A DNA stretch of 19,484 nucleotides from Candidatus Fraserbacteria bacterium (GCA_037442925.1 JBBIPG010000044.1:1-19484); one strand, 5' to 3'; counted from the stretch's first letter, positions 1 through 8,674 are shown. Made by a program: numbers and translations. The notes: generated by a model not told the origin, from the sequence alone.

Positions 1-1
1 G

Positions 2-2623
2 GGCTATTTCGCCAAGGGCGAGAGCCGCTATGGCTCTGAGTTTGAAGATGTTGCCTTCGCACTGGATGTGGGCAAAGTGAGTGAGGTCGTGCGCACGGAG
101 GACGGTTCACACCTCATCAAGGTCACGGATCGTCGCACGAAGGGGTTCAATGACGTAAAGGACCAGCTCCGGCAAGATCTCAGTGCAGAACTAGAGAACC
201 AGCGTTTCGAGGCTTGGCTGAAGGCGGCACAGGATCAGGGAGTCTTTCCACAAAGCGACGAGATCCACGCTCGTCATATTCTGATCAAAGTCTCGAGCAC
301 AGCGCCCGAGGAAGAGGTGCAAGTGGCGCGCCAGAAGATCGAGGACATCCAGAAGCAGTTGACGGAGGGGGCCGACTTTGCAGAGCTAGCCAAGCAATAC
401 TCCGAAGATGCCTCGAACAAAGCCCAAGGTGGGGATCTAGGCTGGTTTGGGCACGGGCGAATGGTCGCTGAATTTGACCAGGCAGCCTTTGCCCTGCAGG
501 AAGGTCAGATTTCGGGCCCCGTGCGTAGCCAATTTGGATTCCATCTCATCCAACTTCTAGAACGTCGCAAGACGGATGCGATCAAGCAAGAAGTCAAAGA
601 TGCCTACAACCAAGAGCAAACCGATAAACGCTATGAGGACTGGGTCAAGCAGAGCACCGATTCAGCCAAGATTGAGGTCCAAGACGGGTTGCTTGCGGCG
701 TATCGCCTGGAGGAACGCGCCAGAACGGAACAAGACCCAGACGCAAAACTAAAGCTCCTCGACGAAGCCCTCACTGCTTACGGCAAGGTTCGACAGAATC
801 TGGAGTCCGATCCCTATCTGGGCTACTACGAGAGCCAAGTCTATCAAGAGAAGTTGGAGCTCCTCGAAGAGAGAGAGAAGAATCTGGGTGAAGGAGTGAC
901 CGAGCAGGAGCGCCAAGCGTTGAAAGATCAGATAGACAGCACGCGCAAGTTGGCGGTAGAGAGTTTCTTGAAGAGCACAAGCAGCTATAGTGAGCGGGAC
1001 GCTTCGACCTTCGAGCAGATGGTGGAGCTGGCTCCCGACAACGCGGATCTGCGTGTCGCGTACGCTCGTTTCTTGCTCGAGCAAAAAGACGATGATGACG
1101 GAGCCTACGAGCAACTGAAGAAGGCCGTGGAACTGAATCCCGGCTATTGGCAAGCGTTGCTGCTCGCTGCGGATATTCAGACAGCACGCGCTGTATACAC
1201 AGCGGCTATCGATCACCTGAAGAGAGCTCTGGAACTCGTCGCAGCGGGCTCTCGCGAACAGCGGGACATACGCTTCAAGCTGGGTCAGGCGTATCTCAAC
1301 CTCGCTCGTCAGATCGATCGTGACGAGAACCTCGCTCAAGCCGAGCAAGTTTTAACACAACTGAAGGACGAGTATAACGAGACGGATCAGAAGCGGGCCG
1401 AGGTGCTCTCCGTGTTGGGCGATGTCTACATGGAAAAGGGGAGCTACCCTCAAGCACAAGAGGCATATCGAGAAGCACTCAAAGTGACCAACCGTCTGGA
1501 GACGGAAGTCAAGCTGGGACGGGCTTACTTCATCGATATGCAGCTCGACCAGGCGGAAAAGTCCTTTCAGAGCGTGATCGCGCGAGATGTCTACAACGTA
1601 AATGCCCGCATTGGCTTAGGGGATGTCTATCGCGCCAAGGATCAGAATGACAAGGCGCTAGAGAATTATCGAACTGCCCTGGACCTGCGTGCGGCTTCCG
1701 CGACCAGACGCGATATCGCCAAGAAGATCCTGGAACTCGATCCCAACGACACCAAGACTCGGTTCAGGCTGGCGCAGCTGTATCTCGACGAAGGTGCCTA
1801 TAGCAGTGCCATCGAGCAATATCAGGCGATTCTGAGCACGGATCCCGAGTCGTGGCAAGCGCAGAGCGGCCTGGGGGATGCATACTTAGGGCTGAATGAA
1901 TACGCGCAAGCCAAAGATCACTATCGATCGGCCCTCTTGCTCAAGGCACCCAGCGATCAGCAGGTGCGTCTCTGGCAGAAGGTCTTGGAAGCTGAGCAAG
2001 GGGCTGTGGGCGGTGTATTGAACCCCCTGGGCCCCGATGGCCAAGAGGCCATGCTGCAACTGGCTGATCTATACATCAAGCAGGGCAGTGCGGAGAAGGC
2101 CAAAGAGCAGCTCAAGATGCTCCAAAGTGATTACCCTGACTATCAGCCGAGGCGAGTGGCTGAGTTGATGGCTCTGGCCGAAGGGAAGGCGTTACCCGGG
2201 GAAGCTGTAGAAGATCAAGGTCGAGAGCACATTCAACCGGGGCAGTCGCATCCGCCGTATAACAGCAAGCCGCCGACATCAGGTTGGCACGTGGGCAGCA
2301 CAGCCGAATGGGGAGTGCATCCAGAGCCGATCCCCGATGAGTTGCAGCTACACAATCTGGAGCACGGCGGCGTGTTCATTCAATATGAGCCCAATGTCGA
2401 TCAGGCCGTCGTGGAGCAGCTGACGGCTCTCGTGACGCGACTGAGAGAGCAACCGAAGTACTGCAAGCTCATTCTGGCTCCGTATCCCACTTTGGACAAG
2501 CCCATTGCGCTCACGGCCTGGACTCGGATTCTCAAGCTGGACGCGTTCGATGAGAATCGCGTGGTTGGCTTCCTCGATGCCTGGATCGAAAAGGGACCGG
2601 AAAAGAACATCCCCTGCCCGTAG
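2..2623 (+). CDS. Parvulin (PpiC/SurA/PrsA-type) peptidyl-prolyl isomerase fused to a long TPR array and a C-terminal DUF3105-like domain; 5' end lies outside the window
   Basis: Frame is open from base 2 (GYFAKGESRYGSEFEDVAFALDVGKVSEVVRTEDGSHLIKV, the end of a parvulin domain). A complete parvulin follows (IHARHILIK...FAELAKQYSED...GGDLGWF...EFDQAAF...SQFGFHLI). Many TPR-like units (LGDVY...A...Y..AL...P). C-terminus has DQGREH, YNSKPPTSGWH, LHNLEHGG and IALTAW, typical of DUF3105. Confidence 0.85.
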   Translation, partial: GYFAKGESRYGSEFEDVAFALDVGKVSEVVRTEDGSHLIKVTDRRTKGFNDVKDQLRQDLSAELENQRFEAWLKAAQDQGVFPQSDEIHARHILIKVSSTAPEEEVQVARQKIEDIQKQLTEGADFAELAKQYSEDASNKAQGGDLGWFGHGRMVAEFDQAAFALQEGQISGPVRSQFGFHLIQLLERRKTDAIKQEVKDAYNQEQTDKRYEDWVKQSTDSAKIEVQDGLLAAYRLEERARTEQDPDAKLKLLDEALTAYGKVRQNLESDPYLGYYESQVYQEKLELLEEREKNLGEGVTEQERQALKDQIDSTRKLAVESFLKSTSSYSERDASTFEQMVELAPDNADLRVAYARFLLEQKDDDDGAYEQLKKAVELNPGYWQALLLAADIQTARAVYTAAIDHLKRALELVAAGSREQRDIRFKLGQAYLNLARQIDRDENLAQAEQVLTQLKDEYNETDQKRAEVLSVLGDVYMEKGSYPQAQEAYREALKVTNRLETEVKLGRAYFIDMQLDQAEKSFQSVIARDVYNVNARIGLGDVYRAKDQNDKALENYRTALDLRAASATRRDIAKKILELDPNDTKTRFRLAQLYLDEGAYSSAIEQYQAILSTDPESWQAQSGLGDAYLGLNEYAQAKDHYRSALLLKAPSDQQVRLWQKVLEAEQGAVGGVLNPLGPDGQEAMLQLADLYIKQGSAEKAKEQLKMLQSDYPDYQPRRVAELMALAEGKALPGEAVEDQGREHIQPGQSHPPYNSKPPTSGWHVGSTAEWGVHPEPIPDELQLHNLEHGGVFIQYEPNVDQAVVEQLTALVTRLREQPKYCKLILAPYPTLDKPIALTAWTRILKLDAFDENRVVGFLDAWIEKGPEKNIPCP

Positions 2624-2639
2624 GCAGGGCAGACGGGTG

Positions 2640-3311
2640 ATGAGCCGAGACCGGGACCTGCGAAGACTGGTGGAGCTGGTCGCTCATCTACGCTCGGCGC
2701 AGGGATGCCCTTGGGATCAGGCTCAAACGCATCGCTCCCTCACGGGTCTCTTGGTTGAGGAAGCGTATGAGGTCGTTGAGGCGATCGAGGCGAACGATAC
2801 GGAAGCTCTTAAAGATGAGCTGGGAGATCTCTTGCTGCATGTGGCCTTCCACGTCCAGATCGCTCAAGAGACGGGTGAATTCGAGCTAGACGACGTACTT
2901 GAGGCGATTCAAGAGAAGATTATCCGACGGCATCCGCATGTCTTTGGAGATCGTCCCACTCAAGATATGGCAGAGATCAAGGCCCGCTGGGAAGAACTCA
3001 AACATCAAGAGGGTCATCACAAGAAGAAACGCAAGAAGCTGGGTGCGCTCCCTGCGCTGGTTGAGGCGCGCAAGACGCTCGACCGCGCGTCGAACGTGGG
3101 GATCAGACCGCATACCGTTCTTAAGAGCAACACATTCAAGTCATTAAAAAAGCAACTCAGCACAGGCGATGCGGAGGCTCTGGGTCAGTTGCTTCTGGAG
3201 ATTGTAGCGTGGGCACGTGAGTCGGGTCTGGAGCCCGAATTCTCTCTCAAGCAGGCCACCGCTCGACTTGCCCAAAGACTGGATGAAAGTAGCCATGAAA
3301 ACCCCGAGTGA
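2640..3311 (+). CDS. mazG: MazG-family nucleoside triphosphate pyrophosphohydrolase
   Basis: LRSAQGCPWDQAQTHRSL...EEAYEVVEAI...DELGDLLLHV...KIIRRHPHVFG. Start placed at ATG 2640 (GTG 2637 possible) rather than the 2505 ORF start, which overlaps the upstream gene. Confidence 0.92.
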   Translation: MSRDRDLRRLVELVAHLRSAQGCPWDQAQTHRSLTGLLVEEAYEVVEAIEANDTEALKDELGDLLLHVAFHVQIAQETGEFELDDVLEAIQEKIIRRHPHVFGDRPTQDMAEIKARWEELKHQEGHHKKKRKKLGALPALVEARKTLDRASNVGIRPHTVLKSNTFKSLKKQLSTGDAEALGQLLLEIVAWARESGLEPEFSLKQATARLAQRLDESSHENPE

Positions 3312-3549
3312 ACCTCCGCAGGATACTCTTGACCTCTACGTGGAAGTGCATGAGAAGGACATGCATTTTCTGGAGATGATCCTCAAGGCATACGACGGCA
3401 TCGCGCACCTACGCCGAGACTGGTTCGTGCGAGATGGTCATCGATACTTCAAGATCCTCGTGCCCCCCGATTTCGTTGAAGAAGTGAAACGCATTCTGGA
3501 GAACATGAAGAAATACATCGAAATCGGTGAGATTCGCACTTCTCTCTAA
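3295..3549 (+). CDS. Small conserved protein, DUF4911-like
   Basis: 84 aa (LYVEVHEKDMHFLEMILKAYDGIAHL...ILVPPDFVEEVKRILENM) resembles DUF4911 and overlaps the mazG end in an operon-like way. ATG 3283 is an alternative start. Confidence 0.65.
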   Translation: MKTPSEPPQDTLDLYVEVHEKDMHFLEMILKAYDGIAHLRRDWFVRDGHRYFKILVPPDFVEEVKRILENMKKYIEIGEIRTSL

Positions 3550-3558
3550 GACCACTGT

Positions 3559-4053
3559 ATGATTGGAGTACTCCTGCCAGACGAACAACGAGATTCGGTG
3601 TATGAGCTGGACCTCGAGGGCTTGTGGAATCGCGGGGTCCGAGGGATCATATTTGATCTGGACAACACATTGGGGCCGTGGGGATTCTCAGAGCTTGACG
3701 GACAGGTGCTCCGCTTTCTGCGATCCGTCAAGACGCGAGGCTTCCAAGTGGGGTTTCTCAGCAATCACGAAGGCGACGGCCGCCAAAGGCTTTTGGCTAG
3801 CCTCGATGGTCAACCTGTGGTGTTCAGTGCGGGGAAACCGTGTGCCTCGGGGTTTCGACGCGTATTGCAAAGGATGAACCTTTCGCCCAAACAGGTCGCG
3901 ATGATCGGCGATCAGATCTTCACCGATATCTTTGGGGCGAAGCGCTTGGGGCTCTATACGATCTTGGTCCGGCCTGTCGATCCAGCGAGGGAGGATGCCT
4001 GGGTACGATTTCGCCGTTTTCTGGAGCGAATCATCTTGCGCTGGCAAGGATAA
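3559..4053 (+). CDS. yqeG: YqeG-family HAD IIIA phosphatase
   Basis: GIIFDLDNTL (motif I), LSN (II), AGKP (III), MIGDQIFTDIFGAKRLG (IV); 164 aa. Confidence 0.9.
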   Translation: MIGVLLPDEQRDSVYELDLEGLWNRGVRGIIFDLDNTLGPWGFSELDGQVLRFLRSVKTRGFQVGFLSNHEGDGRQRLLASLDGQPVVFSAGKPCASGFRRVLQRMNLSPKQVAMIGDQIFTDIFGAKRLGLYTILVRPVDPAREDAWVRFRRFLERIILRWQG

Positions 4054-4074
4054 TGGAGTAAGCTGTTCGTATCA

Positions 4075-4096
4075 TCCCACCCCAGGAGGGGTAGGA
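4075..4096. promoter_or_regulatory. Putative CsoR/RcnR-family operator (C-tract/G-tract pseudo-palindrome)
   Basis: TCCCACCCC-AGGA-GGGGTAGGA, an 8/9 inverted repeat about 25 bp upstream of copZ, matching the C-tract/G-tract form of CsoR operators. Confidence 0.65.
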
Positions 4097-4120
4097 CTAG
4101 AAAGGACAAGTGATCGAGAG

Positions 4121-4336
4121 ATGATTCAGCAGAGACTACGAGTAAAGGGCATGAGTTGCGAACACTGTGTGCAGACAGTGACGAAGGCACTGGAAAGTGT
4201 CCCAGGTGTGGCGAAAGCGAACGTGACGCTGGCTACGGGTATGGCAGAAGTTCAACTCCGTTCGGATCAGGTGACTGTCGAGCAACTTCGTAAGGCTGTT
4301 CAGGACGCCGGTTATGAAGTGGAGGTAACAGCCTAG
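4121..4336 (+). CDS. copZ: Copper chaperone (HMA domain)
   Basis: 71 aa [17 protein letters not shown]...AVQDAGYEV with a GMxCxxC motif, directly upstream of copA. Confidence 0.9.
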   Translation: MIQQRLRVKGMSCEHCVQTVTKALESVPGVAKANVTLATGMAEVQLRSDQVTVEQLRKAVQDAGYEVEVTA

Positions 4337-4337
4337 C

Positions 4338-6602
4338 ATGGAGCACAAACATCAAACACATTCAAGTCAAGATACAGAAACAACAGAGCGACTGACTTTG
4401 TCCATCGAGGGGATGCACTGCGCCTCGTGCGTAGCGCGCGTGGAGATAGCGTTAAAGAACGTTCCCGGAGTAGTCGATGCCTCGGTGAATTTTGCGTTGG
4501 AAAGCGCATCTATACGCTATATGCCGGGACAGGCTACTCCAGAAACCCTTGCCGAAGCGGTGCGCAACGTGGGTTACAACGTGCGCGAGGAACCTCAGCC
4601 AGCAGATCATGTATACAGTCCCCGACGCGATCACCACGCGGAAAACGAAGCGGCGCTTCGCCGACGCTTCATCGCGGCGGCCTTGCTTACAGTAGGCATC
4701 TTCACCTTGATGTACTCAGAGCTATGGGGGTTTTCTCTGGGAATCCCGATGGAGATCGCCCTCACTCTGCAAGCCATTTTAGCTACGCCTGTGCAATTCT
4801 GGGCAGGGTGGCAGTTCTATTCTGGCGCATGGGCAGCGGCCCGACAGAAGACCACAGACATGAACACACTCATCGCCGTCGGCACCTCTGCGGCTTACTT
4901 CTATAGCCTCGTTGCGCTCCTCAGGGGCAGTACAGAGCTTTACTTTGACACAGCAGCCGCGATCATCACGCTCATTCTCCTGGGGCGTCTTCTGGAAGCG
5001 CGCGCCAAGGGTCGGGCCTCAGCAGCGATCAAGAAGTTGCTGGGTCTCCAGCCCAAGACCGCCCGCCTGCTACGCGACGGGAAGGAGCTAGACATCCCCG
5101 TAGAAGAGGTTCGCGTCGGAGATGTAATCCTCGTGCGGACCGGCGAGAAGATCCCTGTAGATGGCGTTGTCCTCGAAGGTCGATCCAGCGTGGATGAGTC
5201 GATGATCACCGGTGAGTCGATCCCCGTTGAGAAGATGGCCGGTGCAGAAGTCATCGGAGCCACCCTCAACAAGACGGGTTCGTTCCAGATGAGGGCCACC
5301 AAAGTGGGCAAGGAGACTGCGCTCGCGCAGATCATACAACTCGTCGAGGAGGCGCAAGCCAGTAAACCTCCCATTCAACAGCTGGTCAACGTGGTCGCCA
5401 GCTATTTCGTCCCCGGAGTGATGCTCATAGCTCTCCTCGCGTTCATCGGCTGGACGGTAGTAGCTCACAATGCACTGCTGGGGTTGCTGAGTGCCGTAGC
5501 TGTGCTGATTGTGGCCTGTCCGTGCGCGCTGGGATTGGCGACTCCCACGAGCATCCTCGTGGGCACGGGCAAGGGTGCCGAGAACGGCATATTCATCCGC
5601 AGTGGGGAGTCACTCGAAGTCGCAAGAGCGGTCACGACGGTCGTATTGGATAAGACGGGCACTGTTACTCGTGGCGAGCCTCGCTTGACAGATGTGTTGG
5701 CGTTCAATGGCTTCCAAGAATCAGAGGTATTGACGCTTGCAGCTTCTGTTGAAAGAGGTTCGGAGCACCCCCTGGCGGAGGCGATTGTAACAGGTGCTCG
5801 TGAACGGGGCCTCGCTCTTGCCGATACTCAAGAGTTCGTAGCTCTTCCGGGACGAGGCGTTCGGGCAAGATTGGAGCGCAACGGCCAGAGCCATCACGTG
5901 CTCTTGGGCAATGGCTTGCTGATGCGCGAGGAGAGACTCTCACTCGATGGGATCACCTCACATGCGGAACGACTCTCGGGTGAGGGGAAGACGCCGATGT
6001 TTGTGGCTGTCGATGGTCGAGTGGTTGGTCTGATTGCTGTGGCTGACACCGTCAAAGCCGAGTCAGCGGAAGCCGTATCCGCCTTGAAGAAGATGAGGCT
6101 AGAGGTAGTTATGATTACGGGAGACAATCACAGAACAGCACAAGCCATTGCTCGTCAAGTGGGTGTGGATCGCGTATCGGCTGAGGTGCTGCCCGAAGGC
6201 AAAGCGCAAGAAGTGAAGAAACTGCAAGAGCAGGGGAAGATCGTGGCGATGGTGGGCGATGGGATCAACGATGCACCCGCCCTTGCCCAAGCCGACGTGG
6301 GGATTGCCATTGGGACCGGCACGGACGTAGCGATCGAAGCAGCCGATATCACACTGGTCAGTGGAGATCTACGTGGCGTTGTGACGGCCATCGCGCTGAG
6401 CCGCGCTACGATTCGCAACGTGAAACAGAATCTCTTCTGGGCATTCATCTACAACGTGGTGTTGATCCCTCTGGCGGCGTTCGGGATGCTCAATCCCATT
6501 CTCGCGGCGGCGGCCATGGGGCTCTCGAGCGTGAGCGTGGTGAGCAATGCCTTGAGGCTCCGGTGGTTCCGACCGCCCGTGACGGTCGCTCTAGCGCACT
6601 GA
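4338..6602 (+). CDS. copA: Cu(I)-translocating P1B-1 ATPase
   Basis: N-terminal GMHCASC HMA domain, [32 protein letters not shown] (FIYN) and MxxSS (MGLSS) Cu+ ligand motifs. Confidence 0.95.
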   Translation: MEHKHQTHSSQDTETTERLTLSIEGMHCASCVARVEIALKNVPGVVDASVNFALESASIRYMPGQATPETLAEAVRNVGYNVREEPQPADHVYSPRRDHHAENEAALRRRFIAAALLTVGIFTLMYSELWGFSLGIPMEIALTLQAILATPVQFWAGWQFYSGAWAAARQKTTDMNTLIAVGTSAAYFYSLVALLRGSTELYFDTAAAIITLILLGRLLEARAKGRASAAIKKLLGLQPKTARLLRDGKELDIPVEEVRVGDVILVRTGEKIPVDGVVLEGRSSVDESMITGESIPVEKMAGAEVIGATLNKTGSFQMRATKVGKETALAQIIQLVEEAQASKPPIQQLVNVVASYFVPGVMLIALLAFIGWTVVAHNALLGLLSAVAVLIVACPCALGLATPTSILVGTGKGAENGIFIRSGESLEVARAVTTVVLDKTGTVTRGEPRLTDVLAFNGFQESEVLTLAASVERGSEHPLAEAIVTGARERGLALADTQEFVALPGRGVRARLERNGQSHHVLLGNGLLMREERLSLDGITSHAERLSGEGKTPMFVAVDGRVVGLIAVADTVKAESAEAVSALKKMRLEVVMITGDNHRTAQAIARQVGVDRVSAEVLPEGKAQEVKKLQEQGKIVAMVGDGINDAPALAQADVGIAIGTGTDVAIEAADITLVSGDLRGVVTAIALSRATIRNVKQNLFWAFIYNVVLIPLAAFGMLNPILAAAAMGLSSVSVVSNALRLRWFRPPVTVALAH

Positions 6603-6607
6603 GACTA

Positions 6608-6637
6608 TTGATTTGCATGGCTGAAGCCTGTTAAGAT
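6608..6637 (+). promoter_or_regulatory. Putative sigma70 promoter (extended -10) for the Uma2 gene
   Basis: TTGATT-18 nt-TAAGAT with TG one base upstream of the -10. The same TGTTAAGAT occurs at 7462-7470. Confidence 0.4.
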
Positions 6638-6654
6638 CAGCAGGGTGATTTGTG

Positions 6655-7206
6655 ATGACCAAACTCAAGACGCCCATCAAGTTCACCTACGAGGACTATA
6701 AGAACCTGCCGGAGTCAGAGACGAAGCGTTACGAACTCCTGGCAGGAGAGCTGGTGATGACCCCTTCGCCCACATGGAGGCATCAAGATATTTCGATCAA
6801 GTTGGCATTTCGACTGCAAGAATTCGTGACAAGTCACAAGCTGGGAAGGGTGGCTTGTTCACCGTTGGATGTGGTATTGGGTGACGATGTGGTTCAACCG
6901 GACATCCTCTTCATCTCGCACGAGAAGGCTGACATCATTCAGGAAGGGGAGATCCGGGGTGCGCCGGACTTGATCATCGAAATCCTCTCTGCTGCGACTG
7001 CACCGCGTGACCGCACGTACAAGCGCACGCTCTACGCGCGGTATGGTGTGCGCGAGTATTGGCTGGTCGATCCGGAGACTCGAACTATTGAAGTTCTTAC
7101 ATTGGGAGCGAAGGGCTACCGGCAAGCGGGGCGCTATGAGCAGGAGCAAACGCTCAAGTCTCCTTTGCTTTCCGGTTTGGAGATCCACTTGCATGAAGTC
7201 TTTTAA
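6655..7206 (+). CDS. Uma2 (DUF820) family PD-(D/E)xK endonuclease-like protein
   Basis: RYELLAGELVMTPSPTWRHQ...VVQPDILF...GAPDLIIEILS...KRTLYARYGVREYWLVDP. GTG 6652 is an alternative start. Confidence 0.92.
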   Translation: MTKLKTPIKFTYEDYKNLPESETKRYELLAGELVMTPSPTWRHQDISIKLAFRLQEFVTSHKLGRVACSPLDVVLGDDVVQPDILFISHEKADIIQEGEIRGAPDLIIEILSAATAPRDRTYKRTLYARYGVREYWLVDPETRTIEVLTLGAKGYRQAGRYEQEQTLKSPLLSGLEIHLHEVF

Positions 7207-7441
7207 ATGACCCTTAACGAGGCTTTGCGAACATTCCCAGTTTTTCCCAATTGAAGGATGAGCATGAAAACGTGAGTTGTGAGGTAGAGGTTCACCGTCT
7301 AGTGGCTGCTGAGGCGGAACCGGGTAACGAGGCGAGTGAGTTGGGCATTTGAGAGTCTAGTCATTGTCTGCAATACTGGCGCACGCGCCCGTCGGGCCAC
7401 CCCTGCGCTCATGCTTATTTTGTATTGGACAACTCCCCCTC

Positions 7442-7490
7442 TTGACCCCGTGAAAGACTTGTGTTAAGATTTTTACAACTGGTAGGAGGA
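7442..7490 (+). promoter_or_regulatory. sigma70 promoter and ribosome-binding site of the orphan two-gene cassette
   Basis: TTGACC (7442-7447), 17-nt spacer, TG-n-TAAGAT (7465-7470); AGGAGGA at 7484-7490, 8 nt before ATG 7499. Confidence 0.7.
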
Positions 7491-7498
7491 GAATAACC

Positions 7499-7975
7499 AT
7501 GAAGAGTCTGATACTATTTAAGTTTGGTGGTCTCGCCATCCTGCTTGTCCTAAGTGGATGCGCGTTGCCCCTAGTGGATCACCAAGACAATCCGACGGCG
7601 AAGGATTCAACTGTGAGTTCTTTCTCGCTGACTGGGGTTGACGACACACTTACATATCACCGGATGCGCGAGCTGAGAGCCAAGATGTACACTCGCATAG
7701 GGGGCTTATTCGGGGAAGACGCTAAAGAATTCTTCATTCGCTATGAGAACGGCTATATGGTGGACGCCGCTACAAATCAGATCCTTGGAACTGTAGACCC
7801 TGTCACAAAGGTCGGTCAGATGACACTCTGCACAGGCAAGGTGCATGTCTTCTGCAAAGTGCTTCGAGGTGTCGGTGTGGATGAACAGAACTTCGGAGCC
7901 TGGGAAATCACCCATTATATCTTGGATGGAATTTCCACTCCCGCCGAGCAGGTGCCAATTTGGAGTGATCGTTGA
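7499..7975 (+). CDS. Hypothetical lipoprotein
   Basis: Strong SD; signal peptide MKSLILFKFGGLAILLVLSG|C with lipobox LSGC (Cys21); no family recognised. Confidence 0.75.
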   Translation: MKSLILFKFGGLAILLVLSGCALPLVDHQDNPTAKDSTVSSFSLTGVDDTLTYHRMRELRAKMYTRIGGLFGEDAKEFFIRYENGYMVDAATNQILGTVDPVTKVGQMTLCTGKVHVFCKVLRGVGVDEQNFGAWEITHYILDGISTPAEQVPIWSDR

Positions 7976-8355
7976 TAAAGAAAGATATGCATGCTCAGAG
8001 AGCTACGTTGTTAGGTAGTGTTATTGTCTTCTTGTTGCTATTTGGCTCTTATTCGGCCACTGCACATACGGCTTGCATACAGGGAGGGATATATTATGCT
8101 AGCCTGCCGGATTCCTGGATGGAATATGTCGGCTATTACTGCAACTACTACGCGTGTTACGATGTTTACGATCATGACATGCTGTATTACGTATCCTGCC
8201 AGTACCCCTGGAGCCCTACATTGTACATCGATCACTTAGATGTATTCCATGGAGACGGCAGGTTGGCTAGTAGCATATCAGCAGCAAACCATCGTCACGA
8301 CGTGTACATAGGGCCTCCAAGTGGGGGCTGTAATCCTACCTGCCCCGAACCCTAG
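7972..8355 (+). CDS. Hypothetical secreted Tyr/Cys/His-rich small protein
   Basis: TTG start overlaps the upstream stop (TTGA), with GGAG at 7962-7965; ATG 7987 is an alternative. Hydrophobic signal peptide ending in A-T-A. Predicted 96-aa mature part has 14 Tyr, 6 Cys and 6 His. Confidence 0.7.
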   Translation: MIKKDMHAQRATLLGSVIVFLLLFGSYSATAHTACIQGGIYYASLPDSWMEYVGYYCNYYACYDVYDHDMLYYVSCQYPWSPTLYIDHLDVFHGDGRLASSISAANHRHDVYIGPPSGGCNPTCPEP

Positions 8356-8401
8356 GACGTCCCAAGCAGGTCCTCATTGTCTGACTGTCCACAAAGTTTA
8401 C

Positions 8402-8674
8402 CGGGGCTTGTTGCCAAACTCTAAGAACAGTAGAAACAGGCTTCAGTTGCTGATTAGCACCCATCTCCGTGTCCTCTTAAGGTTCTACGCCCTGGATCAG
8501 GGGTAGGGTTGCGCACAGGGTACGGGCGTAGCAACTAAGGAGGGAGATAGGGCACACCCAGTCGGTGCGATTGAGCTGCTGGTTCGAGGAGACAAGATCT
8601 TCTAGAAACGAGGAGAACCCTCGGAGTTTGATGGACATCGCTGGCGCACTTTCGGGGTTTGGCAACAGGCCCTG
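8402..8674 (+). mobile_element. MITE-like non-coding fold-back element with terminal inverted repeats (alternatively a structured ncRNA)
   Basis: GGGCTTGTTGCCAAACTC (8404-8421) versus the reverse complement of 8655-8672 (GGGCCTGTTGCCAAACCC): 16/18 identical. Extensive nested internal palindromes, no transposase, no obvious target-site duplication. Confidence 0.55.

Noticed and set aside
2505..2639. N-terminal extensions in the ORF track (mazG 2505; likewise copZ 3932, cca 13802, frr 14592, pstC 19067)
   Set aside because: They overlap upstream genes or promoters. Downstream starts fit family lengths, SD sites or stop-start coupling.
7211..7333. Integron attC site (TAACGAGGC occurs twice)
   Set aside because: No proper RYYYAAC/GTTRRRY pair with internal L boxes, and no integrase.
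7279..7410. Lysine riboswitch (GGTAGAGG start)
   Set aside because: The other conserved elements (GAAAGG, GCCGAA, CTGTC) are not in the expected order, and the downstream gene has its own promoter and no lysine link.
7361..8383. 10-bp direct repeat TCATTGTCTG (7361-7370 and 8374-8383) as a target-site duplication around the orphan cassette
   Set aside because: A 10-bp match between two intergenic regions of this size can arise by chance, and no inverted repeats or recombinase adjoin it.
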